Part shown: positions 10,649 through 20,247 of the stretch, piece after piece
Layout of the letters: each line of letters begins with the position of its first letter
Numbering within the stretch: position 1 is the first letter of the stretch
Notes under the pieces: generated by a model
Databases searched by the model: none
What the model saw: only the letters and a program-made list of their open reading frames with translations
Told to the model about the DNA's origin: nothing
Position numbers and translations under genes: made by a program
Source of the DNA: an uncultured Pseudomonadota bacterium
Lineage (GTDB): Bacteria > Oederibacteriota > Muellerivitia > Muellerivitales > Muellerivitaceae
Reading direction: 5' to 3'
Length of the DNA stretch: 64,000 nt
NCBI GenBank assembly: GCA_963770835.1
Contig: CAVYRH010000003.1
Span: 356,504 to 420,503, forward strand

Positions 10649-12082
10649 TCAGCGCACCAAAAGAACCCGTCTTATTTTGGTGTCAAAGGGTTCGGTCAAA
10701 TAGAAGAGGTAAACCCCGCTGGCGCAGGGATCCCCGTGTTTGTTCTTCCCATCCCAAGTGTAGGAAAAGGTAACGGGACCCTTTAAATACTGGTCATCGA
10801 GGGTCCGGATGTGCTCCCCCGCGCTGTTAAAAATTATCAGCGAGTAATTCCCCGGGAAATCGCAATATTCCACCTGGATGGAAACGGGGTTTTGGCTGGG
10901 CCTGACGATGTTTTGGGAGACCGAGAAAATGTCGCATTGGGGGAAGGGGGTCGGGGTGTTGGTTGAAGTTGCTGTTGGGAAGGAGGTGGCGCTGGATGTG
11001 GGCGACGGAGTGAAGGTGGGGGTACGGCTGGGTGTGGAAGTGGGAGTGGCGGTGGGGGTTAAAGTGGCCGTGGAAGTTGGGGTGGGGGTGGGCAGGACGG
11101 GTGAAACCCAAACGTCGTTCAGGCGGTTCCCTGCAAAATTTCCACCGGCTACGGTCCAGATTTGGTTGTTGTACGCCACGGAGGTGAATTGGTCCCGGGC
11201 GCTGAAATTGGCCCCGGCGGTTACCTGGGACCAGTTGGTCCCATTGCTGGAAGTCCAAACATCGTTGTAATCCGTTCCCCCCTGGTTGCCCCCGAAGAGG
11301 TAGATTTGGCCGCCGTAGACAACCGCGGCGGAGCCGGTCCTAGCGGCGAAACCGGCATTGGCGGTGGCCTCGGTCCAATTAACTCCATCGGTGGAGTACC
11401 AGGCGTCATTGTAGTCGAAAGAACCCAGGTAAGCCCCGCCTGCCATCACCCACATCTCATTGTTGAAAACCACCAGATCCGGCTCTTCCCGGGGGCTCCA
11501 GCCCGCGGACGCCGTTGCCTCGGTCCAGTTGATCCCGTCGGTGGAATACCAAACGTCGTTTAAGTAGGTGCTGCCGCTGTACCCCCCCATCAACCACATT
11601 TCGTTGTTGTAAACCACAACCCGGTGGTTCCAGCGCGGTGGGAAGGCGGCATTGGCGGTAGCCTCGGTCCAGTTGATCCCATCCGAGGAATACCAGACGT
11701 CATTCAACGCGCCGCCAGGGCTTGATCCACCGATAAGCCACATCTTGTTGTTATAAACCACCACTTGGGAATTGGCCCTGGGGCTGAAAGCCGCGTTGGC
11801 CGTGGCCTCGGTCCAGTTGGCGCCGTTGGTGGAGTACCATACGTCGTTCAAGTCACCGGTACTGGCTTGGCCGCCGATGACCCACATTTCGTTGTTGAAA
11901 ACCACCATGGCGGCGTTATTCCGGGGGGCAAAAGGCGCATTGGCCGTGACTTCGAACCAATTGACACCAGCACCGGGAATTGCGGTGGGGGTCGCCACCT
12001 GGGCTGAAGTCACAGAGGATATCGCCCAAACGGCACAAAAAGAAAATATAAGTTTTAAATACCGGTTCAAAGGACTATCCAA
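10649..12082 (-). CDS. Secreted Kelch-like beta-propeller with Pro/Thr linker and FlgD-Ig-like C-terminal domain
   Basis: Repeats of NDVWYS.DG.NWTEAT.NA.F..R; PT linker; WDGKN..G...ASGVY. Confidence 0.8.
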   Translation of the reverse strand: MDSPLNRYLKLIFSFCAVWAISSVTSAQVATPTAIPGAGVNWFEVTANAPFAPRNNAAMVVFNNEMWVIGGQASTGDLNDVWYSTNGANWTEATANAAFSPRANSQVVVYNNKMWLIGGSSPGGALNDVWYSSDGINWTEATANAAFPPRWNHRVVVYNNEMWLMGGYSGSTYLNDVWYSTDGINWTEATASAGWSPREEPDLVVFNNEMWVMAGGAYLGSFDYNDAWYSTDGVNWTEATANAGFAARTGSAAVVYGGQIYLFGGNQGGTDYNDVWTSSNGTNWSQVTAGANFSARDQFTSVAYNNQIWTVAGGNFAGNRLNDVWVSPVLPTPTPTSTATLTPTATPTSTPSRTPTFTPSPTSSATSFPTATSTNTPTPFPQCDIFSVSQNIVRPSQNPVSIQVEYCDFPGNYSLIIFNSAGEHIRTLDDQYLKGPVTFSYTWDGKNKHGDPCASGVYLFYLTEPFDTKIRRVLLVR

Positions 12083-12228
12083 TCACTAGAACTAGGAAAA
12101 ATATACTCCAAACATCTTCTTTTTTCCCTCGTGTCAAAATTAAAACTTTCTTGTTTTTTGGCGTCCGGAAAGGTTTAATCGCCCGAAGTTGGGTTTCGAA
12201 ATTTCTCCCGGTGAACAAAGGATAACCC

Positions 12229-12738
12229 ATGAAAACAAAACATTTGGTCCTGGCCGCCTTTCTCGTTTGTCCCCTTGGGTTAGGCCCAGTTTGGGCGGAA
12301 AACGACGGTCTGGCCGTCACCCAAACGGTGCCGACGGGGGAAAGGGTTGCTAATTATCTTCAAAACTACTTGGGGACGATTTACACGGTTGTGGAGGCCA
12401 AGAATTCGGGGGGGATCTTCGAGGGACCGCAAACTTATCGTGTGGTGGTGAGCTATGACCTGGACCAAAAAAATCTTGATGTAACCCTGATTGGATCGCA
12501 GCAGGATCTTAAAGTCATTGAGAACACGATGGATGTGATGCGGAAAATCGCCTTGAAGCTCAATCCCAAGCTCCAAAAGAACTTCGGCGTGACCCTGCTG
12601 GACGGGGACTTCTCGATGGATTACCTTTACGCCAAGACCGGGCAGATCTTGGACCGCTACCGGGACGGGAAGTATTTAGGGCCAGCGCCGGGCCAGGCCG
12701 AAAGCACTCCCACCCCCGACCTTTCGTCGAACCCCTAA
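12229..12738 (+). CDS. Hypothetical secreted protein
   Basis: Signal peptide, 169 aa. Confidence 0.6.
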   Translation: MKTKHLVLAAFLVCPLGLGPVWAENDGLAVTQTVPTGERVANYLQNYLGTIYTVVEAKNSGGIFEGPQTYRVVVSYDLDQKNLDVTLIGSQQDLKVIENTMDVMRKIALKLNPKLQKNFGVTLLDGDFSMDYLYAKTGQILDRYRDGKYLGPAPGQAESTPTPDLSSNP

Positions 12739-12858
12739 ATAAATAGCCCCATTCCGTCCATTCTTCAGTTTCGCCCCTCCCGCTCTTCCAGGGGGAGAGG
12801 TTCGGGATAAAGAATAAGCCGAAAGACGGATTTCCTTCCGGCTTATGTGGAACCGGAA

Positions 12859-13206
12859 TCAGCCGGCGTGAACGGCCGTTTTCTTTCCGGCGATCGGGAA
12901 TCCAGCTTGGGACCATTCCTCGATCCCGCCGGGATAATCCTCGGCCTGGAAACCCCGCGACTTCAGGATGGCCGCGGCCTTGGGGCCCAATACACAGGTC
13001 ACCCCCGAGCAATGGGTGATAATCATCTTGCTCCCCCCCAGCTTCCGGTCCACCTCGGCGGCGAATTCGTCGTCGCTCTTTCCCTTGAGGGAAATATTGA
13101 TGGAATCTTTGATGTGAAGGTCCTCGAAGGCCGCTTCTTCCAGGACATTCACCACCCAGGCTCCCTTTTTCATCTGTTCAAAAACCATTTCCTTGGTGAG
13201 TGACAT
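12859..13206 (-). CDS. Rhodanese-like domain protein
   Basis: HIKDSINI, active-site Cys loop, YPGGIEEW. Confidence 0.85.
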   Translation of the reverse strand: MSLTKEMVFEQMKKGAWVVNVLEEAAFEDLHIKDSINISLKGKSDDEFAAEVDRKLGGSKMIITHCSGVTCVLGPKAAAILKSRGFQAEDYPGGIEEWSQAGFPIAGKKTAVHAG

Positions 13207-13453
13207 AGCGTCCTCCTTTCACCAGTGGTGATGATTCCAGTTAAGGCCTTTTGAATCGGGTCTTTCAAGTGGGGCGATGTGGATTTAAGCTTTGTTTTCG
13301 ACGGTGGAAAAGTAATGGTTTTACCACGGATGAAGTTTTATCGTTGTTGCTTCAATTATGGGTTGTCGGCGGGGGTTGAATCGATTTTTTAAACTTTAAA
13401 GGGGCGCCCCGCGTCTAACCCTTAGTTATCCATATTCATCAGGAACAGGCCGG

Positions 13454-15136
13454 ATGAAAAAGTTTATTCTCATCCTTCTCGCGGGATTTGCCTTGGGGCC
13501 GGGTTTGGCCCGGTCGGCTTCGGCTATTCCCCTCACCTACAACCAGAAATGTCTCCAACTTTTAAACCGCCTTACCTTCGGGCCCAAACCGGGCGACTTG
13601 GATCGGGTCAAGAAGATGGGCCTCAAAGCTTTCATCGAGGAACAACTCAATCCCGACGGTATTGATGACAGCCTGTGTGAGAAGGAGCTGGAGGCTTATC
13701 CGGACATCCAACTGTCCGGCTACGAACTGTTCAAGGCCTATCCGCCGCCGCAGTTCGTCTTTAAGAAGGCCAAGCTTGACGGGATCGACCCGGACAAAAT
13801 CAAAGCCATCAACGAGAAGCCCCGGAAGATATTAGAAGACCTTTCCGCCGCCAAACTCACCCGCATCGTGGACGGCAAACGTCAACTGGAAGAGGTATTG
13901 GACGACTTCTGGTTCAACCACTTCAATGTGAGCTTCCAAAAGAACCAGGTGAAGTGGACCCTGCCTTCCTACGAGAAGGATGTCATCCGGCCGCATGTCC
14001 TCGGCAAGTTTCGGGACCTGGTGGGCGCGGTGGCCCACAGCCCGGCCATGATGGAATACCTGGACAATGCCACCAGCACGGTGGACCCCCGATATGTGCC
14101 GGAAGACGAGATGGCGGCCTATCCCCAAATGATGGCCATGATGGATAACCGGGCTGGGAAACCCAAACAAAGCGCGGGGCTCAACGAGAATTACGCGCGG
14201 GAACTGATGGAGCTCCACACTCTGGGGGTGGACGGCGGCTATACCCAGCAGGATGTCATCCAGGTAGCCAGGGCCCTCACGGGCTGGAGCTTCCAAGGGC
14301 CTTATTTTCTTTTAAATCCAAAACATCCGGATATCGACCCCGCGACCATCTATGAATTCCAATTCCACCCCAAGATGCACGATCGGGGTGAGAAGGTCAT
14401 CCTGGGCCAGAAGTTCGGCCCCGAACTGGGAGACAAGAGCGCGCAGCAGGAAGGGGAACAAGTTTTAGACCTGCTCTGCCGCCAACCCGCCACGGCCCAT
14501 TTCATCGCATTTAAGCTCTGCCGCCGCTTCGTTTCGGATAATCCACCGGAGGGATTGGTAAAGAAGGTCGCGGATACCTACATGCAGACCGATGGGGATA
14601 TTCGGGAAATGCTGCGGGCCCTCTTCACTGCGCCGGAGTTCTACAGCCCCAAGGTTTACCGCTCCAAGGTGAAGACACCCCTGGAATTCCTGGCCAGCGC
14701 CCTTCGGGCCACCAACGCCAAGCTGGACGACCCGGTCAAGCTTTCCCAATACCTCGCGGGAATGGGCGAACCCCTGTACCAGTGCGAACCGCCCACGGGA
14801 TATCCGGACGACGCTAAATCCTGGATTTCCTCCGGGGAACTGCTCAACCGGATGAACTACGGCTTGGGGCTCTTAAGCAACAACCATTCCCAGGCCACGG
14901 TGGATTTGGCCCAGGTGGTTCCCGCCGTGCAATCGGACGACGAGCGGAAGATCCTCAGCGGCTTCTTCAAGGCCTTCCTGCAAAACCAGGTATCGGCTTC
15001 CACCAAGCGGGTTTTGATGAAGACACTCCAAGACCCCGAAATCACCCACGCGGCTTTGGATGATAAGAACAAGGAAATCCAGGTGGCCAAGCTGGGAGCT
15101 CTGGTGTTGGGCTCACCGGATTTTCAACGGAGATAA
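13454..15136 (+). CDS. DUF1800 family protein
   Basis: LNRLTFGP, FWFNHFNV, NENYARELMELHTLGV, YQCEPPTGY, SPDFQRR. Confidence 0.9.
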   Translation: MKKFILILLAGFALGPGLARSASAIPLTYNQKCLQLLNRLTFGPKPGDLDRVKKMGLKAFIEEQLNPDGIDDSLCEKELEAYPDIQLSGYELFKAYPPPQFVFKKAKLDGIDPDKIKAINEKPRKILEDLSAAKLTRIVDGKRQLEEVLDDFWFNHFNVSFQKNQVKWTLPSYEKDVIRPHVLGKFRDLVGAVAHSPAMMEYLDNATSTVDPRYVPEDEMAAYPQMMAMMDNRAGKPKQSAGLNENYARELMELHTLGVDGGYTQQDVIQVARALTGWSFQGPYFLLNPKHPDIDPATIYEFQFHPKMHDRGEKVILGQKFGPELGDKSAQQEGEQVLDLLCRQPATAHFIAFKLCRRFVSDNPPEGLVKKVADTYMQTDGDIREMLRALFTAPEFYSPKVYRSKVKTPLEFLASALRATNAKLDDPVKLSQYLAGMGEPLYQCEPPTGYPDDAKSWISSGELLNRMNYGLGLLSNNHSQATVDLAQVVPAVQSDDERKILSGFFKAFLQNQVSASTKRVLMKTLQDPEITHAALDDKNKEIQVAKLGALVLGSPDFQRR

Positions 15137-15149
15137 CAACAAGGAAGAT

Positions 15150-15240
15150 CACCCTCACCCCGTCCCTCTCCCGTCAAGGGAGAGGGTGGGAAACCAGCCA
15201 AAACCCTCGCCCCTTGCGGGAGAGGGTCGGGTGAGGGGTG
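15150..15240. repeat. CCCTCACCC/GGGAGAGGG palindromic REP/MITE-like element
   Basis: Nested inverted repeats; related copies at 21407, 25652, 57271, 58133. Confidence 0.8.
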
Positions 15241-15272
15241 AATGATAATTCTTGAAGTTAGGAGGAAATATC

Positions 15273-16514
15273 ATGGGCAAAGATTCGATCAAGTTATCGA
15301 GGCGGGACTTCCTCAAGGTGAGCGGCACGGTGGCCGCCGGGCTGGCCTTTCACACTCTGCCCCGATGGGCCTGGGCCGTCGCCTCCGCCGCCCCTTATTC
15401 CAACGGCAAGGTCCTAATCGTCCTCTTTCAACGGGGGGCCGCGGACGGGCTGAATATCGTGGTTCCGTACAATGACCCCAATTACCAGAAAAGCCGCCCC
15501 ACCATCGGCCTGGGCGAACCCGGCCAGGATAAGGGTGTTTTGGACCTGGATGGCCGTTTTGGGCTCCATCCCGCCCTGGAGCCGCTATTACCCCTCTGGA
15601 AATCCGGGAATTACGCTGTCGTCCAGGCGGCGGGCAGCCCCGAAGGCACCCGCTCCCACTTCGACGCCCAGGACAACATGGAAACGGGTACTCCGGGGGT
15701 CAAAACGACGCCCGACGGCTGGCTTAACCGGTCCCTCTTGGCCTTCTCCCAGCGTCCCAAGTCCTCCCTGGCGGCGGTGGCGGTCACCCCCCGCCTGCCC
15801 CGCATTTTGAGGGGGGATTTCCCCGTGACCACCTTCAACAACATGCAGTCCTACCGGTTTTTCGGGGGCGCGGGTGAGGAAGCCACCTTCGACCAGATGT
15901 ACGAACAAAGCGTCGACCAACTTCTTTCGGGCGCGGGCAAGGAAACCCGCGAATCGGTGGACGCCCTTCAAAAGATCCTGGCGGATGGCCCTCAAAAAGC
16001 CGAGGACGCCGGCTACCCCAAGAGCAAGGAAAGCCAGAGCTTTTTCCAGCTGGCCCGCATTATCAAAGCCAAGGCGGGGTTGAGGGTGGGTTTCGTGGAT
16101 ATCGGGGGCTGGGATGACCACGTGCAGGAGGAAAACCGCCTTCAGCGGGGCTTAACCGACCTGGGAGGGGCCATCGCGGCCTTTTACAAGGACCTGGGGG
16201 ACCAGGCGGGGGACGTACTGCTGGTTTCCATGACCGAATTTGGCCGCACCCTCCAGGAAAACGGCAACCGGGGCACGGATCACGGCCATGCCAGCGTCAT
16301 GATGCTTTTCGGTGGGGGAGTGAAGGGCGGGAAGGTTTATGGCCGTTGGCCCGGGCTGGAACCGGAGAACCTTTTTGAAGGCCGGGACTTACAAGTGACC
16401 ACCGACTTCCGCCAAGTCCTCACCGAGGCGCTTACCAACCACCTGGGGATTTTGGATGTGAGTGGTATTTTCCCAGGCTTCCAACCTGGCACGCCGGTAG
16501 GGTTCTTGGCTTGA
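15273..16514 (+). CDS. DUF1501 family Tat-exported protein
   Basis: SRRDFLK, RGAADGLN, RSHFDAQ, TEFGRT..ENG..GTDHG. Confidence 0.9.
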   Translation: MGKDSIKLSRRDFLKVSGTVAAGLAFHTLPRWAWAVASAAPYSNGKVLIVLFQRGAADGLNIVVPYNDPNYQKSRPTIGLGEPGQDKGVLDLDGRFGLHPALEPLLPLWKSGNYAVVQAAGSPEGTRSHFDAQDNMETGTPGVKTTPDGWLNRSLLAFSQRPKSSLAAVAVTPRLPRILRGDFPVTTFNNMQSYRFFGGAGEEATFDQMYEQSVDQLLSGAGKETRESVDALQKILADGPQKAEDAGYPKSKESQSFFQLARIIKAKAGLRVGFVDIGGWDDHVQEENRLQRGLTDLGGAIAAFYKDLGDQAGDVLLVSMTEFGRTLQENGNRGTDHGHASVMMLFGGGVKGGKVYGRWPGLEPENLFEGRDLQVTTDFRQVLTEALTNHLGILDVSGIFPGFQPGTPVGFLA

Positions 16515-16545
16515 CAATGTGACTAACAGTGGTCATCATGTAGTC

Positions 16546-16815
16546 ATGAAAAACACTGAAAAAACAACCGTGAAAATAGCGGACTTCAAAGCCCATTTGA
16601 GTGAATACCTGAGGAATGTCCGAAACGGCCATCCCCTTACTTTGGTGGACCGGCATACGCCAGTGGCCCAAGTGGTGCCTTATTCGGACAAGCCGGGGAG
16701 AATGGTGGTCCGCAAGGCGACCCTCCGGCCCGCTCAAATTAAGCTTTCCGCGCCCTTCCATAAGAAAATTGACGTGCTTCGGTATTTATCCGAGGAGCGC
16801 CAAAGTTACCGATGA
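16546..16815 (+). CDS. Phd/YefM family antitoxin
   Basis: IADFKAHLSEYLR.V..G......R..PVA; overlaps PIN gene. Confidence 0.85.
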   Translation: MKNTEKTTVKIADFKAHLSEYLRNVRNGHPLTLVDRHTPVAQVVPYSDKPGRMVVRKATLRPAQIKLSAPFHKKIDVLRYLSEERQSYR

Positions 16816-17234
16816 AGGCCTACCTGGATTCTTCCGTCATACTCCGTATCGTTCTTAAACAACCCAATCCCTACGTTGGATGGAAGGACTTTGAGACTCT
16901 TGTTGGAAGCCAGTTGGTGGAAGTGGAGTGTCTTAGGACTTTAGACAGGATGCGGGTGACTGAAGGCATACCTGAAGATACGCTTTTGGCCTACCGCGTC
17001 GACCTATTTGAAGTTATGAAGGGCATGGATTTATTCCAACCAACGCCACCCATACTCCGCAGGGCATCCGAAACTTTTCCGGTCGCGATCGGAACCTTGG
17101 ATGCCATCCATCTCTCGACGGCCTTATCGTGGATGGATGAACAAAGCGAGGATTTAATTTTTTTGACACATGACAAGGGTTTGGGAAAAGCCGCACTGGC
17201 TTTGGGGTTTAAGGCGGAGGGATTTGAAGGGTGA
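16812..17234 (+). CDS. VapC/PIN-domain toxin
   Basis: YLDSS, TLDAIHL.TA, THDK.L. Confidence 0.88.
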   Translation: MKAYLDSSVILRIVLKQPNPYVGWKDFETLVGSQLVEVECLRTLDRMRVTEGIPEDTLLAYRVDLFEVMKGMDLFQPTPPILRRASETFPVAIGTLDAIHLSTALSWMDEQSEDLIFLTHDKGLGKAALALGFKAEGFEG

Positions 17235-17240
17235 TGGATT

Positions 17241-17388
17241 TGGAGCCGGAGAACCTCTTCGAGGGCCGAGACCTACAAGTGACCACCGACTTCCGTCAAG
17301 TGCTTACCGAAGCTCTAACCAACCACTTGGGGATTTCGGATGTAAGTGGTATTTTCCCAAGCTTCCAACCGGGCATGCCGGTAGGGTT
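17241..17388 (+). repeat. Diverged 148-bp duplicate of the DUF1501 gene 3' end (16357-16504)
   Basis: Ungapped alignment by eye, mostly third-position changes. Confidence 0.9.
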
Positions 17389-17410
17389 TAATTCAGCATC
17401 TGTTTAAGTG

Positions 17411-17488
17411 GGTCCCAGTTGTCCGAAAAGAGTTAAAATAACGAAAATTTAAAGAGTGTGGTCTGGTTCGAGTCCAACCCGGGGACCA
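17411..17488 (+). pseudogene. Degenerate tRNA-like sequence
   Basis: GGTCCC...GGGACCA acceptor-like pairing and GGTTCGAGTCC T-loop; D and anticodon arms not recognisable. Confidence 0.45.
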
Positions 17489-17515
17489 ATAAAAACAGTT
17501 TGTTTTGGAATAACG

Positions 17516-17896
17516 ATGAGTAACCAAGATTTTAAAAAAATTGCCCGTGCTATCTGTGAAAAGGCTCTCGGCGCAGAATTGAACCTAGACCAGTTTTATA
17601 ATCAGTGGCCTGAAAGGGCGAATGATTCCATTTTTTTAAAGCTAGTTTTTGAAGATTTGGTAAATGGGATTTCACATACCCCGGGGAAAATATTTAAAAA
17701 AGAAGTTGATTTTGAAGAATGGCGGAACGGCGATTTGGGATATGAAGAAATATTGATTGATTTGGTGCTTTTAGAATTTGATAAAACGGATGATGAATTA
17801 ATCACGGCACGTAAAAAGGTGAAGGAAGAAGGACCAAGTAGCACTTCGAGAAAAATAATCGAAGATCATGTTAGGCATTATTTTCATATGCTTTAA
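17516..17896 (+). CDS. Hypothetical acidic protein (AT-rich)
   Basis: ORF; no family recognised. Confidence 0.55.
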   Translation: MSNQDFKKIARAICEKALGAELNLDQFYNQWPERANDSIFLKLVFEDLVNGISHTPGKIFKKEVDFEEWRNGDLGYEEILIDLVLLEFDKTDDELITARKKVKEEGPSSTSRKIIEDHVRHYFHML

Positions 17897-18281
17897 TTTC
17901 AGGATCTATGCTCTTTTTAGTTGAAAAATGATGGTTCGCAAATCGTACGGTCTTTATTGCTACTAGGGCCTTTGTTCCTTGGAAGCTTCGATTTGTGTTG
18001 CCGTGTCCCCTTTGAAATAGGTAGTCCCCGCGTGGATGAGACTGCTTTGCAGGTCCAGCCATATCTCCCCGCCCATATCGGTCCAGCGGCAGAAAAACCA
18101 TAATTTCAACGACGGCCCAGCCAAGTGCTCGAAAATCACGGATGCGGTGGTCTTCAAAGGCCCTAGCCGGGGCGGCAGGCCCTTGGGCAGTGGGGCAAAT
18201 TCTCCTTGCGACCTTAAAAACCTCCTGCAGTCGTCTCAATAACGTCCGTTAGGCTATTGAAGTCATCCACCGGAGACCGCC

Positions 18282-19061
18282 TTGCCCACATCCCCAACCC
18301 ACATCATGGTGGCCACGCCCTGCTTTGAAGGCCATATGACCGGCATTTACTCCAATTCTCTTCTGAAGCTCCAGCAGGCGTGTTTTCAGAAGCAAATCCC
18401 CCTCACCGTCAAGAACATCCTGGGTGACTCATTGATTGTCCGGGCCCGCCAAAACCTAGTGGCCTATTTCATGGAAAACAAGGACGCTACCCACCTGCTT
18501 TTCATCGACGCCGACATCGGCTTTGAGCCGAACCAGGTTTTCAGGCTCCTGGAGTACGGAAAGGACGTGACCGCCGCCGCTTATCCGGTGAAGAACCTCA
18601 ATTGGCGCAAGATCGTGGAACAGGTCAAGGCAGGCAACCCGCGCCTCCCCTCGGCCACCCTGGATTACGTGGTGGAATTCGCCGACCCCTCCAATATCCG
18701 CATCGAAAAGGATTTTGCCCAGGTGAGGGCCGCGGGTACGGGTTTTTTGATGATCCGGCGGGAAGCCATTGAGCGCATGGTTCAACACTATCCTGATCTT
18801 CAATATTCCAGGGACTTGGTCGCGCAGGACGATCTCAAGGGTTCAAAGTGGCGTTACGCCCTTTTCAACTGCATGGTGGACAAGGAAACCGGGGTGTTCT
18901 TGAGCGAGGATTACAGCTTTTGCCGCCGCTGGACGGACATGGGCGGGGAAATCTGGCTGGACCTCAACAGCGCACTCACCCATGCCGGAACCACCTATTT
19001 TAAAGGCGACATGGCTTCGATCTTGAGGCCTTCCGACAAGCAGGATGGGAAACCGTCTTGA
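18282..19061 (+). CDS. GT-A fold glycosyltransferase-like protein
   Basis: DSLI.RAR..L, THLLFIDADI, GTGFLMIRR, LSEDY.FC. Confidence 0.8.
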   Translation: MPTSPTHIMVATPCFEGHMTGIYSNSLLKLQQACFQKQIPLTVKNILGDSLIVRARQNLVAYFMENKDATHLLFIDADIGFEPNQVFRLLEYGKDVTAAAYPVKNLNWRKIVEQVKAGNPRLPSATLDYVVEFADPSNIRIEKDFAQVRAAGTGFLMIRREAIERMVQHYPDLQYSRDLVAQDDLKGSKWRYALFNCMVDKETGVFLSEDYSFCRRWTDMGGEIWLDLNSALTHAGTTYFKGDMASILRPSDKQDGKPS

Positions 19062-19990
19062 ATAGAGAGGTCCAAAAGTCCTTGAAGTGGCTTGCCCTGA
19101 GAAGGCACTTTTCGGCCGTCCGGTTGTTGGCCCTTCCGAAATTCATCAAAAAACACAAGCGCTGGCCGCGGAACCCCGGGTCTTCCCGGGCTACCTTTGA
19201 GGATTATGTTTTTCGCCGGATGACCGGTCCTTTTACGCCTTTCGAGGAAACCTGTGTCGACAAGGAACAGGCGAAATCCAGCGCGACCGCCCTTTCCCCC
19301 GGCCTTTTGACCTCCAAGACCGTTTCGGTCATGCCCATGGCCCCGGATACCACCCTGGAGCAAGTGGGGAAGTTCCTATACCCCTTCATCGGGAAAAACC
19401 TGGTGGCCAAACCCACCCATACCTCCGGAGGAATCGTCTTTTTAGGAAGCGGGGACCTGAAGGCGATCGTGCAACAAACCTTCGTGATGTACCAATTCGC
19501 CCGGCAGAATTTCTTTTTCAACGAGTATGAAGCCCAGTACATGAGGCTGACACCGAAGATCATCGTGGAGGAAAGCCTGTCTTCGGGGGACACGCCCGGG
19601 AAAACCGGTTCGGGTTACCATCCCCCTCCGGATTTCCGGTTTTATTCCTCGCGGGGCCAGGTGCTTTTCTGCCAGTACGACGAGGGCCGTTTCGTTAACC
19701 ACCGCCAGGCTCTTTTCACTGTTCCTGAACACCGGCACATCCCTATTCCGGATACTTTCCCTTTGCCGGAACCCCTACCCGAAAAGCCCACCCACTGGGA
19801 TGAGATGCTTCGAAGGGCCTCGGACCTGTCCAAGCCTTTTGATTTCGTGCGCGTGGATTTGTACGACTTGCCGGATGGGGTCTATTTCAGCGAGTTCACT
19901 TTTACGCCCAATGCCACGCTTTTTCCCTTTCGCGACGAGGTTTTCAGCCGCAAACTGTTGGAGGATGTGCTGAAGGCAACGGGGAAGTAG
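19058..19990 (+). CDS. TupA-like ATP-grasp amidoligase
   Basis: DK, KPTH.SG, PKIIVEE, FDFVRVDLY, FSEFTFTP. Confidence 0.85.
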   Translation: MNREVQKSLKWLALRRHFSAVRLLALPKFIKKHKRWPRNPGSSRATFEDYVFRRMTGPFTPFEETCVDKEQAKSSATALSPGLLTSKTVSVMPMAPDTTLEQVGKFLYPFIGKNLVAKPTHTSGGIVFLGSGDLKAIVQQTFVMYQFARQNFFFNEYEAQYMRLTPKIIVEESLSSGDTPGKTGSGYHPPPDFRFYSSRGQVLFCQYDEGRFVNHRQALFTVPEHRHIPIPDTFPLPEPLPEKPTHWDEMLRRASDLSKPFDFVRVDLYDLPDGVYFSEFTFTPNATLFPFRDEVFSRKLLEDVLKATGK

Positions 19991-20012
19991 AAGCAGAGTA
20001 TTTGCTTTATCC

Positions 20013-20224
20013 GTCATTGCGAGGAACGAACTTTGTGACAGGCTTGAAGTAGTTGGCCTGAATTCGGCCAACCATGCTTGGGCAAAGGCCCAAGTACAAC
20101 CCCAGTTCATGGGTTGTTTTCGTCTGATAAAAGAACGACAAACCAACTTCAAAAGGCGCATTTATACCCATAAACTGAGGTTGCTTCGTCGCTAACACCA
20201 ACGAAGGACGCTCCTCGCAATGAC
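20013..20224. repeat. GTCATTGCGAGGA...TCCTCGCAATGAC palindromic element
   Basis: Perfect 13-bp inverted termini in an intergenic region. Confidence 0.65.
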
Positions 20225-20247
20225 AGCGTAAATTTAAACAAGGATCC

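Noticed and set aside
10950..11900. Nucleotide repeats in 10649-12082 as DGR or array
   Set aside because: Explained by Kelch-like protein repeats and a Pro/Thr linker; no reverse transcriptase in the window.
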